Positions 45,405-59,342 of a stretch of DNA of 64,000 nt are shown one piece after another. The notes beneath the pieces were generated by a model that saw only the letters and a list, made by a program, of their open reading frames with translations, ran no database searches and had not been told where the DNA came from. The DNA comes from the human T2T-CHM13v2.0 reference genome, Homo sapiens. How positions within the stretch are numbered: the first letter of the stretch is position 1; every line of letters starts with the position of its first letter. Both the position numbers and the translations under genes were made by a program. Location: assembly GCF_009914755.1 (NCBI RefSeq), contig NC_060926.1, one strand, 5' to 3'.

Positions 45405-45848
45405 TGATGTGAAATAAGACAAGTACTGCATGATCTCACTGATAGGTGGAATGTAACATCTTTGAACTCATACAAGCAGACAATGGAATGGTGGTTGCCA
45501 GGACCTGGGAGGAGAGAAAATGAGAAGCTGCTGGTCAAAGGGTACAAAGTTTGTTATGCAGGTTGAACACATTCGGGAGATGCAATCATATACAGCATAG
45601 TGATTATGGTTAACAATATTGCACTGCATACTTAAATGTGCTAAGAGGATATCTCTTAAGTGTTCTCATCACAAAAATATAGAGAAAGAAAGACAAAGAA
45701 TATGGTAACTATGTGAGGTGACAGGATGTTAATTAGCTTGATTGTTCTTCACAATGTATACATATATCAACATATCAGATGGTACACTTCAAATATATTA
45801 AGTTTTTATTTGTCAATTATAACTGAATAAAGCTGGAGAAAAAAAAAA
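45405..45848 (+). mobile_element. Old L1 3' end (L1MA8/9-like)
   Basis: agacaagtactgcatgatctcact...ggtcaaagggtacaaagtt...atggtaactatgtgaggtga...aataaagctgg plus A tail. Confidence 0.85.
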
Positions 45849-47409
45849 CAAAAACAAAACCCCACCTGCTGGGGAAGGGGAACCCAACTTCTAATTCAAT
45901 GCAAACACACACAAAGGACACTCACATAGCTGTTTCAAAACAAACAAACAAAAAGTTGCCTTATGGGCAACGGCACATCCAAGTCAGATCTATGGGAAGT
46001 CCAAAGGACTAACAGCTGATGCTTGGGTTCCAGCCTCCTTCTTGTTCCTCAGTAACTGGATACCCTACACAAAGACATTTAGTTTCTCCGGACCTCACTG
46101 TTTTGAATGGAAGAGCTGCATTTCAATTTTGAATCACCCTCCATTTCTGGCATTCTGTTGTTCCCGGGAAGGTAAGGCATGCTTAAGGTCAAGGGGTCTG
46201 ACACTGACCCTCAGCACACCCTCCTCAGATTGCCTATTTGGTTACATAGCAACAGGCCATTCAGGCCAATCCCTCAAGCTCCTTTTTCCCAGCTGAAAAA
46301 TCCTAGCACTTGAAACTTCCCTGTTATGTTCCATCACCTCTTTTCTGTAGGAGGTTATTAGGGCTTTCATTTCAGCATGTCACTTGGAATCACTGGGAAA
46401 TAGTGGTTTTTAAAAAGGAGCCACACCTTCCAGAAACAAGACAGATACGAATATAAGCCAGAGTGAGGGGAGAAGTTAAATCCTATTTGCACAGATGTTC
46501 TTAACCGAGAGCTCTCTGGCTTTCATAAAATAAGCAAAACCCACCTCTGAGATTTAGCCTACACCATTCTGTTTTGCTGCTGCACTTAAATTGTCTGATG
46601 CTTCTCAGCCGGCAGGGAAGCCCAATGGGGGATGCGGCAGTGCAGGCCTGATGTGAGGGAAGTGTGGGCGAGGGGTGAGCAGGAACACTTCCCACCCACA
46701 GCTGTGCAGGGGCCAGCAGGAAACTTAAGATTATTTCAGGAGACACTGTGAGGGTCAGAGCCAGGCAAACAGCCAAATGAATTGTCAAAGTGAGTGGAAC
46801 CTCCTTTTGAGAATCAGAACCTGATGAATTGAGCAGAGGGCCTGGGGACCCGAGGGAAGAGGGCAGGGGACCATAGGATCCAACAGGCAGGTGGTCAGGT
46901 GATATGGACGAGCATAAATGTAGACAGCGGAACTCCGGAGTGCTGAAAGTGGCTTGCAGTGTGAGTGGGTCACATCACATTAACAGCCCTAGATGAAACA
47001 GACACAAATGACTAGCAGTTTCGATAAAAACAAGGAAAACTGTTTTTCTTTCTTTAAAATCTTTATTAAATCAAATTAAGCTGGGTTCCTGTGGCTGTGA
47101 TTTATTGCACTTGGAAAAGCCAGAACAACCAAATGACATATTTTCTTTTGCTCCTGGCAAGTAATTAGCCTCTGTCTTGCTAAAGGGCCTGTCAGTAGCC
47201 CTGACGAGGAGAAAGCAAACCCAGCTTCTGAGAAGTGCTGGGTTTTTGGCTTTACTCACTTTCTCCTTTCTTCTAGTCCACTGCCTCTTCTCAGGAAGAT
47301 GGGAAAGGAGGACTGGATGTGACAATGTGGCCGTCACTGATGCAAGATTGGAACCGGTGTGTTGAAGGAAAAAAGGGGCACATCCCACCCAGGAGGAAGT
47401 TCTGCATAA

Positions 47410-47620
47410 TAATCAATGGTAATACAAGGCCTAAATCACCTCTGTTAATCCTTGCAGCCACCCTGAAAACCTAGCACCAGTTTACAGGGAAAGAAACATA
47501 AACTTGCAGAGATTAAGCAACTTGCCCAAGGCCAGGCAGGTCCAGGCAGGTCCTGGGGGTCATGATTTAAAACCAATTCTGCCTGCCTCTCCAGCCCATT
47601 CTGATGCCATTGCACAGTGC
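47410..47620 (-). mobile_element. MIR fragment
   Basis: tttacagggaaagaaac...agagattaagcaacttgcccaaggcca. Confidence 0.7.
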
Positions 47621-48073
47621 TTTAAAGTGGACTAGGGTTAGGTGGTATCTTACATAGTGCCTGGAATAGAACAGATGTTTCATAAATGTTAAATTCCTCT
47701 CTCCTTCTCTTCTCAGTGATAACAATAATTGCTAAAATATCATATGTATATAATGCATGCACATTTGTTTTATAAAATTGGATATGTAGAAGAAATTAGA
47801 AGAAAATTAAAAAGCACAGGTAGTCCTGTTACTCAGAAATAACCACAATTACAATTTTGGTTTATTTTCCTTGGACTAGAATGCATTAGTACACACATTC
47901 AATTTCATTTCACACAATTGGAGTTTGTCTGTATGCAGTGTGCCTTTTAAAACTTAAAAATATACTAAATATATTTTGATAAATGATTACACATCCTTTG
48001 AAACTGCGTACTATTCCACCATAGAGGTGTGCTATAATTTATGCTTGGACATTTTGATTAAAAGCCTGCAATA

Positions 48074-48409
<336 letters not shown>

Positions 48410-48419
48410 TTAAGTACAT

Positions 48420-48633
48420 CAGTGATTCTCAACCATGGATGATTCCCTCCACCAGGGTTCATTTGGTAATGTCTGGAGACATTTTTGGTCTTTACAACTT
48501 GGGGGATGCAACTGTCATCCAGTGGGTAGAGGTCAGGGGTGCTGCGTAATGTTCCGCAGTGCATAGGACAGTCCCCCACAAGAAATAACTACATGGTGAG
48601 AAATGTCAAAAGTGCTAAGCGTGGGAAACCCTG
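48420..48633 (+). mobile_element. MER20 DNA transposon
   Basis: cagtgattctcaacc...aatgtctggagacatttttgg...agtgggtagaggtcaggggtgctgc...gaaaccctg. Confidence 0.9.
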
Positions 48634-49029
48634 CAATAAATGAAGTCAATGTATGATAGTATAAAAGTGAGTGCAAGCATTCCTGTAGTGGTTATTTCTC
48701 CAGAGTATAAACATATGTAGCTAAATTAATATTTTTTCTCTTGATTCCCTGATGCAGCAATTCCTCTCACTGTCTAAATGAAAGAAAATGCCCAGAAAGA
48801 GCCAATGGCTAGTCTCTTGTCGGAACATCAGAATAGAGTCTGAGTCCCTTGAGTGTGCGTGTGCTAACCACATCTCCCCTAAGTTCCCTCCCTTCCCCAG
48901 AAACTAGGCTTCTGCTGAATCACTCACTCCTTCCAACCCCCACTGATTAACCTCTACCTTGATAGGTTAAAAAACATCCCAGGGTACTGAATGCACTTGT
49001 ATGATATTTGGAAGGCAGAAGAAGGATAA

Positions 49030-49377
49030 CATTTTCTCTCCCTCGGGAGAGCCACAGAACCACAGCAACGTGGAGACCACTCCATGAGTTGTCAGCAGCT
49101 TCGTGGGTGTAAAGTGGTGGCTGTGCCATGGGTGGCAGCAGTGCCTGGGTGGTCTGGCATTGGCACTGCTAGTGGTGGCCTTCTGATTCCCAGCTCTCTT
49201 GCTGGGGAAGCGGCCGATGCTGCCACCTTGTCCCAGGAACCATTCCCATTCCTGGAGGCCAAGCCTAGAGGCACTCCTCCAATTCTTCCAACAATTTCAT
49301 CAGCTCCTAATTCCCTGTTAAATTCCTTTTCATAACCCGGGTGATTTCTATTTCTACCACAGATCCTGGATCCATAC
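49030..49377 (+). mobile_element. Probable very old LTR fragment, family uncertain
   Basis: Ends cctaattccctgttaaattcctttt...tttctattt...gatccataca, an LTR-like U5 terminus. Confidence 0.35.
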
Positions 49378-49447
49378 ACTCACCCTTAACCCAAAGCCCA
49401 TCAGATCCTGATAGTGAGCACCTCTGTTAAATGAGAGCATGACTCAA

Positions 49448-49620
49448 CAATGGCTCTCATTGTGGTCCCCAGGCCAGCAGCATCAGCATCACCTGGAAAC
49501 TTGTTAGAAATGCAGATTCTCAGACCAGCTGACTCCACCTCTGAGAGTGAGACCCAGAGATCTATCTCTTCACAAGTACTCCAGGTAATTCTGATGCATA
49601 GTAAAGTTTGAAAAGCTATG
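49448..49620. mobile_element. MER5A MITE
   Basis: ccagcagcatcagcatcacctggaaacttgttagaaatgcagattctcag...ccaggtaattctgatgca. Confidence 0.88.
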
Positions 49621-50279
49621 AGTTAAAAGAAACATAGTACAAAAATATTTTTCTTCTATCTGCTGTCTTAACTGTGTGCCTTCCTCCTTTTGCATAGACC
49701 ACAAATGCAGAATCTATGATCACAAACAAGGAGGATGAGCTGAAGTTGACTGAATACATCTCCTGCTCTGGCTGAGGATGGATGGGAGTGGGGTGAAACT
49801 AGCTGCTCACTCCAGAAGAACCTAAAGCATGTCACACAGTCAAGGACACTTTTCTCTGTAGGCCCTCTGGATGGAAAAGAAGGGTCGACACCAAAAGCAT
49901 GTGCTGGGAGGTATGTAAGGTTGAAGTTCAAAGGTCAAATCCAAATATGCTCAACAAGATACTCTGGTTGAACCACAGGAGCTGAGGCCCTGAACCACAG
50001 GACCCAGGAAGGTGCAGAGTGAGCAGCAATAGGCATAGTTGATCAGCATGTGGCCTGGAAATTTTCCGGAAGGAAAGCACAATTTTCTTCAACTATTTTT
50101 ATCACGTTCCCAGGGCCTGGCCTATTTGATGCAAGAGATAAAAGAGCACGCAAGGTGGACATGGTCCCTGACTCCCCGACAAGGGCCTAGAATCTACTAG
50201 ACAAGGCTGACCATTAAAGAACTTAGCCAGCACCTCAGACTCATCTTTCCAGCTTGCCACCAGGAAAGAAATAACTTTT

Positions 50280-50500
50280 CTCAAGTCAGTCAAGGGCAAA
50301 AAGAAAATGTCATTGGCCTAGCTTGGGTCATATGCCCACCTCTTAGAAGAATTAGTAAAGTCAGATGGGTAATCCAGCTTGGGTAACATGCCCACCCCTG
50401 TGGATGGGAGAGAGAGAGGAGAGAGGGGTGATGCTTTCGCAGCCTGTCTGAGAAGCACAAGAATGAGGGGTGACTAAACCAGAGAAAGGCAATGGGGCAG
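50280..50500 (-). mobile_element. MLT1-type LTR fragment
   Basis: cattggcctagcttgggtcatatgcccacc and a second ccagcttgggtaacatgcccacccct. Confidence 0.6.
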
Positions 50501-50666
50501 TGGGGAAACGTTCACAACAGACAGACTATTAAGTTCTCACAAGTCACCTGTGTTAATGCATCTGTCTTGCTTTGGAGATTTAAGAGGATGATGACTCTCT
50601 CTGAATTCAGATAGGACTTGACCCCTTGAAAACTGTAATTCTCTACTTTTTTTGAAAGCTAAATAA

Positions 50667-50957
<291 letters not shown>

Positions 50958-51129
50958 CTAGAAGACAAGTGTCCTAAGGTGATGTTGGACCATGCAGAAC
51001 AAGATGATTTCAGTTTAGGCACTGAGAAGCATGTAGAGGACAGCAGCTCTAATGTCTGAAGGTGGCCCCTAGAAACCCAGCCCAACGGAAATCCGAGTAC
51101 TAACGATGATAAAAATAATGCTAATAACA

Positions 51130-51345
51130 ATAATAACAATAGCAAGAGAGAACTCTTGGCTCTTACATTATACCCGAAACTGTTCTAAGGGCTTTGCATT
51201 TATAAACTAATTTAATCTCTACAGCAACCCTACAAGGTAGATACCAGAGTATAATTCCCCCAAGTGAGTTTAAGTAACTTGCCCAAAGTGAGTGATCCAA
51301 ATCCAGGCAGTCTCGCTTCAGAACTCACACTTTTCAGCACTATAC
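51130..51345 (-). mobile_element. MIR SINE
   Basis: actgttctaagggctttgca...atttaatctctacagcaacccta...ttaagtaacttgcccaaagt. Confidence 0.8.
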
Positions 51346-51529
51346 TACACTCCATGGTAGAAAATAATCTGGAATCATTAGTGTGAACCTGAATTTACCT
51401 AATGGTGGGGTTGTTGTTGTAATTAAGAACTTAGAAAGCAATAAAAAGCACCTCCTCCCTGTCCCACGCATAGTCATAGATGCCACCTTTCAAATGGAGA
51501 AATGTCAGTAGCCAGAAGCAGATGATGGA

Positions 51530-52800
51530 TTTTTTAAACAGGACACACGATGCATATATTATAAGAAAAATAGCAATAAATTTAACTACATCAAAATTTA
51601 ACACTTTTACATAATCAATGACATTATAAACAAAATTCAAAGACAAGTCACAGACCAGGAGAAGCATGGTGAATGCTCACAACCAACAAAGGATTAAAAA
51701 CCTGAATATTTTAAGAACTCCTACAGATTAATAAGGGAAAGATAAATAACCCAAGAGAGAAAAATAGGCAAAAACTATGAAAAGGCATTTCACAGAAGCA
51801 GAAACCCGGAGGGTCAATATCCATGAAAAGATTGTCAACTTCATGAATAGTCGGGAAACAAGTGAAACACCAATGAGATACCATTTCACTTCCATCCAAT
51901 TAACAACAAAGTTCAAGATCAACATGGCCTGGTGGCAGCAAGAATGCAGAGAAATAGGAGCCTCTTATGCTGCTGGTGTGACAGTGCACACGCAGACATC
52001 TTTTAAAAACAACTGACAATACCTGGTAAAGGGGAAGCATCCACTTCTATGTATCTGTCCTAAAATCACTCGCATGTGTACACAAGAAAACAGCCACAGA
52101 ATGTGTGGCAGCATTGTTTGTAGTCATAGGAAATTTCAAACAAGTGTACTTTGCAAATCACAGGACAGTCATAAATTATTTGTGACATATTCCAATAATG
52201 GAAAACTCCACTGCAGTTGGAATGAATGAAGGGAATCAAGATGCATCAAAATGAATAGAAATAAAAATATATTGTGTTGGACAAAAGGCAAGTTAGACCA
52301 TCATTATGTGAAGGGTTTGAAGCTAATTTTGTACATTTTAATTTATACACACTATACACAGTATAAACGTTAATGTTAGACATACGGTATATAAATGTTA
52401 GTTTATATTTATGTAAATATATAGTTTATTTTTGACTAAGTATAATATTTAAATGTAAAGCTTATGCAGTACATAAACAACTTTTTGTAATGTGTAATAT
52501 ATAAATTATATTTATATTAAGTGTAAAATTTAATTTATATACAGTATGAGTTTATGTCTTTTAAGTTTATGTGCTATGTGCATATGAATATATAATAAAA
52601 CTGTGAAATACATGTAGAACAGTAACAAGCTTCACCACAGTGCTTGCCTCTGAGGGAGGATTGGAACTGGGAGGGATACACAAGGAATTTTAACTATATT
52701 TATGTTTTACTTCTTTAAAAAACAATAAATCTGGGTGGCAGGCACATGGATGATTGTTATAGTTTTATTTCTAATGTTTTATTCTTTAAAGTTTTGCAGA
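51530..52800 (+). mobile_element. Old L1ME-type 3' region with an internal AT-rich stretch
   Basis: aaaggcatttcacagaag...aaacaccaatgagataccattt...cagcattgtttgtagtc; ORF2 C-terminal resemblance (PMRYHFT). Confidence 0.8.
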
Positions 52801-53769
52801 ACAAAAATATATATTAATGCCTCCAAGTTTCACTCTTGTGAGAGAAGCAAGGGCTATGTTGATTCTGAGGGCAGCAACTGGGTGGTGTCTTTACCTCAGA
52901 GTCCGACACAGGACTGGCTGTGAAGGGGTCAGTGCTTGCTGGAGGAGTTTCCTAAGGACCTGTCTGGTTAGAGATGTAAAGAAGACTTTCAGAACCTTCT
53001 CCAGTGCAGCTCTCAGAGAAGATCCATGGCTCTTGGAGCCTGGGAAATGTCAAAACCACCAATGCAGGGAGGATCTTTCTGAACAACAGGAGATAATTCA
53101 AAATCCATATTAATTTGGCCTAGGAAAATGTACCTGTGCCCTCTTTAAGGCTAGGATGTCTGGTGTCCTGAGAAGTCATATTGCAGTCAAATTCCCAAGC
53201 GAAGAGCTGGTTCAATCGAGAAGAGTTAGCAGGTGAGGCAGCTCCCTGCCCTCTCCCTTCCACGGTCTTCTTCCCCTCCAGGCCATGCCGGGAACAGACA
53301 GCTCCATCTCTCAGGCAAAGACACACCAGAGTCCCTCTAGACCTGGTTCCTGGGGCCTTGGGCAGGTCACTTGCCTCTCTGAGCTGCTATTTCTGCATCT
53401 GTGAAATTAAGGTATTAGACATGACAATTTCTTAGTTTTATTCAGTTCCATGAAACACATGAGTGTGTACGTGCATACATCTGTGCATGTGCACACATAG
53501 ATACACATGACCTCTCTCCAGAGCTGCTTTGTCTCCCTGTTTCATACAATTATGTTAGGATCATTCATTCCCTTATGATTCTTGCTAATAATGTTGCTAA
53601 GGGAATTTAAAATGAGCTGAATAGTGAAGGGATAGGGTAAATAGTGAAGGGAATTTAAAATGAGCTGAAGTTAAGGGATAGGGTAAGGGAGTCATTCAAG
53701 CACATTCTTCCACCATAATACCTAAAGAAGGGTCAACATTGATTATGCGTCGTTGTGTAGAGAAGCCCT

Positions 53770-53945
53770 ATCCTTTCCTAGGTCTGTGACCCTATTGTTC
53801 AACCATTCTGTGCCTCCATTTCCTCTTGTGTTAAAGTAATATAACATCACTCTCCTCTCATTGTTGAAGGAAGAACAAAATGAGATAATGTCTATAAAAT
53901 CATTTCTAGAGCCTCCAAAATAGGAAGTATTCAATATTTAGTAAA
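53770..53945 (+). mobile_element. MIR SINE
   Basis: tgtgaccct...tcaaccattctgtgcctccatttcctcttgtg...aaaatgagataatgtctataaa. Confidence 0.7.
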
Positions 53946-55329
53946 TGATCATATCTATATATTTACATCTGAGGTGGGTGTTTATCTACATGTATTTATG
54001 TCTATATGCCAGTGTTTATCTGTACATATTCATATCCATTTCTCCAAGTAGTCTTGAATTTGCCCTAGATTTATCAAGCGAAGGTTTCCAGGCTGCATTT
54101 CTGACTCGAGGCAAGTGAGTACTTGGCACGGTTTTTGGTTTTCACAGCAACAGCAGTTTCAGTATCCCCACGACAGCGCCAGGGGAGGCTTCTACATCAA
54201 TGTTCTTCTAGTTGGCTTTTTGAAATGTCTGGGCCTCCCCTGTTATGCTTATAAGATGCTCATGGTGGTGTGCTTGGGGCTGAAAAAGCCCAAGGGAGAA
54301 GATCACCTATCATTTTCCTTTCCTCACATCCTCATTGATAATCAGTATCTACCCCAGGAGTCCTACCTGACTTCATGGAGTCCCAAAGTCCCATGAGCCA
54401 GGTCCCAGACACAGACTCTTCTTTAGCCTAAACCTCTCTGACCCCTATGTCCATGGTTGATTCATTTACCCAGAGCTTTCAGTTTTACTCTTTATAAAGA
54501 AAGTCTCAGTCCAAAGTTGAGCTGTGCACTAAATGCAACATTTTATTTTTATATAATTTAATTTCACTCCTTTATTTGACTCTTTATTCCACAAGGGTAG
54601 AAAACGGATTTCAGTGAACTTAAAAGTGTCCCTCTTCCAGGCATTTTTCCCAGCTAACAAGCCCTTAGCCTGTGCTCTCAGAGTCATACCTTACTGCCCT
54701 CTCTGGGCCCTCAAGTGTATTAAGCAAAGCTCTGTTGCTTCTAGGCCAGCCTAGTTCCCAGGGACTCCTGAATTCTCATTAGTTTGTTCCCCTGCCCTGT
54801 CCCCTGCATCCTCATTCCTCTCCTGCGAGCATGCTCCCCATCAATCACTTGAAGAATCCCAGTTTCAGGCCCTAGGGAAGCCAACCTAAAATAGTGCCCA
54901 TGTGAGCACTATTCTCATGTGAGATACTCATGTGAGACCCTTTTCTTTGACTAACCATGTGTTGTCCTCCCCTCTGGGTCTTGCCTTCTACAAGACAGCT
55001 CATCAAGGAGAGCAGTCTGATCCTCTCTTCTCTTGTGTCCCAAAAGTTTATCTTGGGTCTTCCTTGACCACTCTCCCTCTTTAGTCTCTAAAACCTATTT
55101 CAGAGACTCGCCTTCTTCCTATGTCCCATTGCCTCCCTCTCTATTCTCTTTCCCTTGGCCTAGGGTATCATTTTCCAGTCTGAAAACTGAGGAAATACTA
55201 GGAAGAAAGACAATTGACTAATATTCTAAACATTTCACTCCACCACAAATGTTGTTATGTGTATTCATGTATGTGCCCAGGTGCATATATGTGAAAGTGG
55301 AGGAGGAGGTGGACTTTTCATCAGAGTTA

Positions 55330-55622
55330 TTAATTCTTTTGTCACATACAGTGCTTGAGTTCCTCCTGAGTACCAGGCACCATGCTAGGCACTGGGGAGA
55401 TAGAGACAAATAAGACAAGGTCCCTGCTCTTTAGCTGCTCCCAGTCTAGTGAGAGGGGGCAACCAGGAAAAAATAATAATTGCAATGCAATATTACAAAT
55501 GCAATAAAGAGATACTCAACCATTATATACTCTGGGGAGATCAAGGAGGGAGGGAGCAATTCACTGGCAGGTAGGGGTAGTAAGAAGAGGGTGATTCAAA
55601 AGGTCTTTCCAGAAGAGACGCT
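55330..55622 (-). mobile_element. L2 3' fragment
   Basis: accaggcaccatgctaggcactggggagatagagacaaataagacaaggtccctgctct. Confidence 0.8.
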
Positions 55623-55947
55623 GAAAAACCCACCTAACCAAAAGTATCTCATCCTTCTCCTCCTCGCAGCTCTCCTCCTCGCAGGCACTGCCAGTCATAC
55701 TCATGAAATTCCACTGGCATTTTCCCACTAAGGTTGTTACTTAAGCAAGTCCTAAAAATAAAATGAATGGTTAACAGAATGAAGGCATTATGTTATCAAG
55801 AAACAGTAACACATTAGCCTACAAATAAACTAGGAAGTGTTATTTGTAATTAATTATTAATATGACCCACTTTCATGCAGTTGACTGGAAGTTTAAGGAG
55901 GGCCAGGTCCTAACTGAAGAGAAACAGAGGGAAGGCTTGAGCATTGG

Positions 55948-56790
55948 CGTTATTTTAGGTTGGCTTCCCTAGGGCCTGAAACAGGGATTCTTCAAGTGAT
56001 TGATGGGGAGCATGCTCTCAGGAGAGGAATGAGGAATGAGGACGCAGGGACCAGGGCAGGGGAATAAGCTAAAAAGAATGTGGTCTCAGCTGGAAACACA
56101 CTTCTGTCAGATCGGGCATTGGTCCCACCATGAGGCAAGAAAAGAATAGGGGAGGGGCGAGTGCAAGGCTACTCTCAGATGAGTAGGTTCTCAAGGCTGA
56201 GAGGGAGATGGCAGGTAGTGGTGATTGTATTGAAATACTGTGGGTTTGGTCTAGGTCCTGTTGCTCACTGCACAGAAAACCAATCACTGAGACAATGAGT
56301 ATTGCCAGGTAAAAAGGCTTTATTCAGGTGCAGCAGCTGAGTATATTGGAGATGAGTCTCTAATCCACCTCCCCAAGTGACTAAAATTAGGGGTTTATAT
56401 TGCAGGGAAGAAATGTAACTGTGTGAGAAAACAGGATTTAGGGAGGGGTAAGGAAGAGGAGTTGGTCAATAGGCAGCAGAGAGTGGTTAGGCAATTAGGA
56501 CAGATGAGGGTCTGGGATCTCACTGTCCAGATGTGGTGATCCGGTGAGTTTCTATTCCTTGATACTATCTGGGATGTCTGATGTTGGTTTCTTGAGAAAG
56601 GAACTCAGATAAGACAAATGTAACTTTCTCAAGTTTTAAGACTGAGAGGGTTAATTTCTATGTTTATTTTTCAAAAACCCATAAATATCAGTTCTATGGG
56701 ACACTTGGGCCAGTTTCAGAGATCAGCGGGCCCATCAGCAGGGAATGAGCACACCATCAGGTGTCTGTGCCAGGCACCCACAGCACCCTC
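55948..56790 (-). mobile_element. Old ERVL LTR (LTR16/LTR33-like) split by a MER66-like LTR
   Basis: gttattttaggttggcttccct...ctgaaacagggattc...gagcatgctctcaggag; resumes after 56718 as gggcccatcagcagggaatgagc. Confidence 0.5.
56226..56718 (-). mobile_element. Solo ERV1 LTR, MER66-like
   Basis: TG...CA termini; gaaaggaactcagataagacaaatgtaactttctcaagttttaagac; flanks gtgat/gagat give a 4/5 TSD. Confidence 0.75.
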
Positions 56791-57064
56791 TTCAGACAGG
56801 GTAGCTCCAGACAAGAACTCGGTGGGAGACCAGGAAGTTAAAAAAGAGAAGAGGCCAGAAAAGAGAAGAGAAGACTTAATGTCGCAGCACAGAGTGAATT
56901 TCTGTGCATGTATATGCGTGATGACTCACTCATCAACCTGGGAGATTCTAAGGCCAGTTCCTAATAGACACTGTCATTTCTCCTCTGGTAGCTCTCTGAA
57001 GGAAGAAAGTATGTCCTTCTCCTTGTCCTGCATTCCCCTGGTACTCAGCATAGAAAAACCTTAG

Positions 57065-57620
57065 ATAAGAAAATGAACAAAGTTCTTAAGAGAAACCTCA
57101 CCAAAGAAGGTATAACACCGATGTAAATAAGCTATGAAAATATTCTCTGTATCATGTGTCATTAGGGTAATATAAATTAAAACACCAATAGGATACCACT
57201 ACACACCTTTCAAAATGGCTGACATCCAGATCACTGACACCACCAAATGCTGACGAGGACATGGAGCAACAGAAACTGTCATTTATTGCTGATGTGAATG
57301 TAAAGTGGTACAGCCACTTTTGAAGACAGTTTCATGGTTTCTTGCAAAACTAAACATACCTTACCATACAATCCAGCAGAGTGAACACTAATGTAAACAA
57401 TGGATTTGGGGTAGTATTAATGTGCCAATGTATGTTCACCAGTTACGCCAAATGTACCACTCTGGTGGGGGATGTTGATAATGGGGGAGGCTATGAATGT
57501 ATGGCGCTGAAGAGCATATGGAAAGTCTCTGTACCTTCCACTCAGTTTTGCTGTGAACATCAAATTGCTCTAAAAGTCTATTAAAAATAAAGCAAAAGTT
57601 TATAGTAATAAAATAAAAAA
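57065..57620 (+). mobile_element. L1MC1-like 3' end with an internal deletion near 57378
   Basis: ORF2 3' sequence to ccatacaatccagca abuts the late 3'UTR gagtgaacactaatgtaaac...aaatgtaccactctggtgggggatgttgataatggggg. Confidence 0.8.
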
Positions 57621-58746
57621 GAAAACCCATAGACTCAAGTGGGAGGGTTCCCTAAAGCCTGAAACTACCTTCACTCAACTGTGAGCTGCAAGATCTTAGC
57701 TCTCTAGGTCACAAAGAACCATCCGCAGACTCCGCATCTACTCCTGGTCCTAGAGTCTCCTCTTTAATCTGCAATGATGCTGGCACAGCCTGAAGCACAA
57801 CCCTCACTTCCAGGTGGTTCTCCGTACGTTCTCCTCAGCAGAGCTGAGCTTGCAGAGCTGCTCAGCAACAGATCAGGCTGCCCAGTGTTCGGCTGGAGAG
57901 AACCACTACCATGTTGGGAGACTGGTTTTAGCCTTGGCCTTGGCCAAGCATCACTGGAGAAAAGCTGAAGCAAATGTAGCACTCAGCTCTTCAGAATTCT
58001 CAGAGAAAAATTGATGTACACAAGCAAACCCCCCAAAATCATTAAGAACCATGGTTCACAAAATAGGCCCCACCCACGCCTGATTTTCCTGGAGCTAGAC
58101 CAAGGTCTTTTATTCTAAAACAAAATATTAGCCAGTTGCTAAATGAAGCAAACTGCCAAATTCAAATACATTAATGATTGAATTTTCTCTATTTATATCT
58201 TTTTTCCATTACATTTCCCTATACCTCTGTTGCCTGTTTGTTTGCTGGCAAATGCTCCTAGACAACAAAATGCATAAAGCAAGTACCAACTAGCTATTAA
58301 TAGAAAACCAAGGAAAGGCCAATTAAGTTTGGCTCATGCTCATTGAATGTGTAATTAGGGTTCTGATTTTATATTCTATACAGAGAGTGTTAAAATAATA
58401 ACTGCCATCTTTAGCCCTACTATGCCTTAGGCCTCAAGCTGCTGGATGCATTAACTCTAGTATTCTCAGTGTAATTTAAATATTGATGTCCCTGTTTTAT
58501 AAATAAGTACTTAAATAGATAAACTGAGACACAAATGGTCTCAAGTTAACAAAATATGTACACAAAAAATAATTTATATGTACAAAAAATATTAATTGCC
58601 ATGAGTGTATATAACAGAGAGGTCTGAATTAGCCTTGAAGGTCAGCTAAGGTGTCTCTGAGGAAACATTTGAGGTGAGAGTTGAAGAAGGAGCAGGCAAC
58701 AGGGGAAGGGAGCAAAGGAAATCTGCATTTGCAAAGGCCCTGAGCT

Positions 58747-59342
58747 AAATGGCGCAGCTGCTTTGGAAAACAGCACCAGGAATTTCCTCAAAAGGTTAAA
58801 CATAGAGTTAGCATGCAACTCAGCAACTCTACTCCAGCCTGTCCAACCAAGAGAAATGTCTACACAAAACCTTGGACACAAATGTTCATACAGCATCATT
58901 CATAATTCAGTCCACCCACATGTTCATCAATGGATTAGTAGATAAACAAAATATGGTATGTCCTTATAAAGGAATATTATTCATCAACAAAAAGGAGTGA
59001 AGACTGATACATGCTACAACCTTGAATAGATGAACCTTGAAAATATTATGCTAAGTGAAAGAAGCAGTCACACACCACAAAAAACCATTTTTATGAACTG
59101 TCCAGGATAGGCAAATCTATAGAGACAGAAAGTGGAGTAGTTATTGCCAGGGCTGTGGGGCAGAAGGAAATAGGGAGGGATTGCTAAAGGCATAAGATTT
59201 TGTGGGAAGGATGAAAATGTTCTAAAATAGGTTGTGGTGACACTTGCACAAGTCTGTGAATACACCGAACACTATTGAATTGTATACTTTAAGTGGATGA
59301 ATCGTATGGCATGTGAATACCTTAATAAAGCTGTTATAAAAC
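58747..59342 (+). mobile_element. L1MB-type 3' end
   Basis: aaatggcgcagctgctttggaaaacag...gatgaaccttgaaaatattatgctaagtgaaagaagc...aataaagctgtt. Confidence 0.88.
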
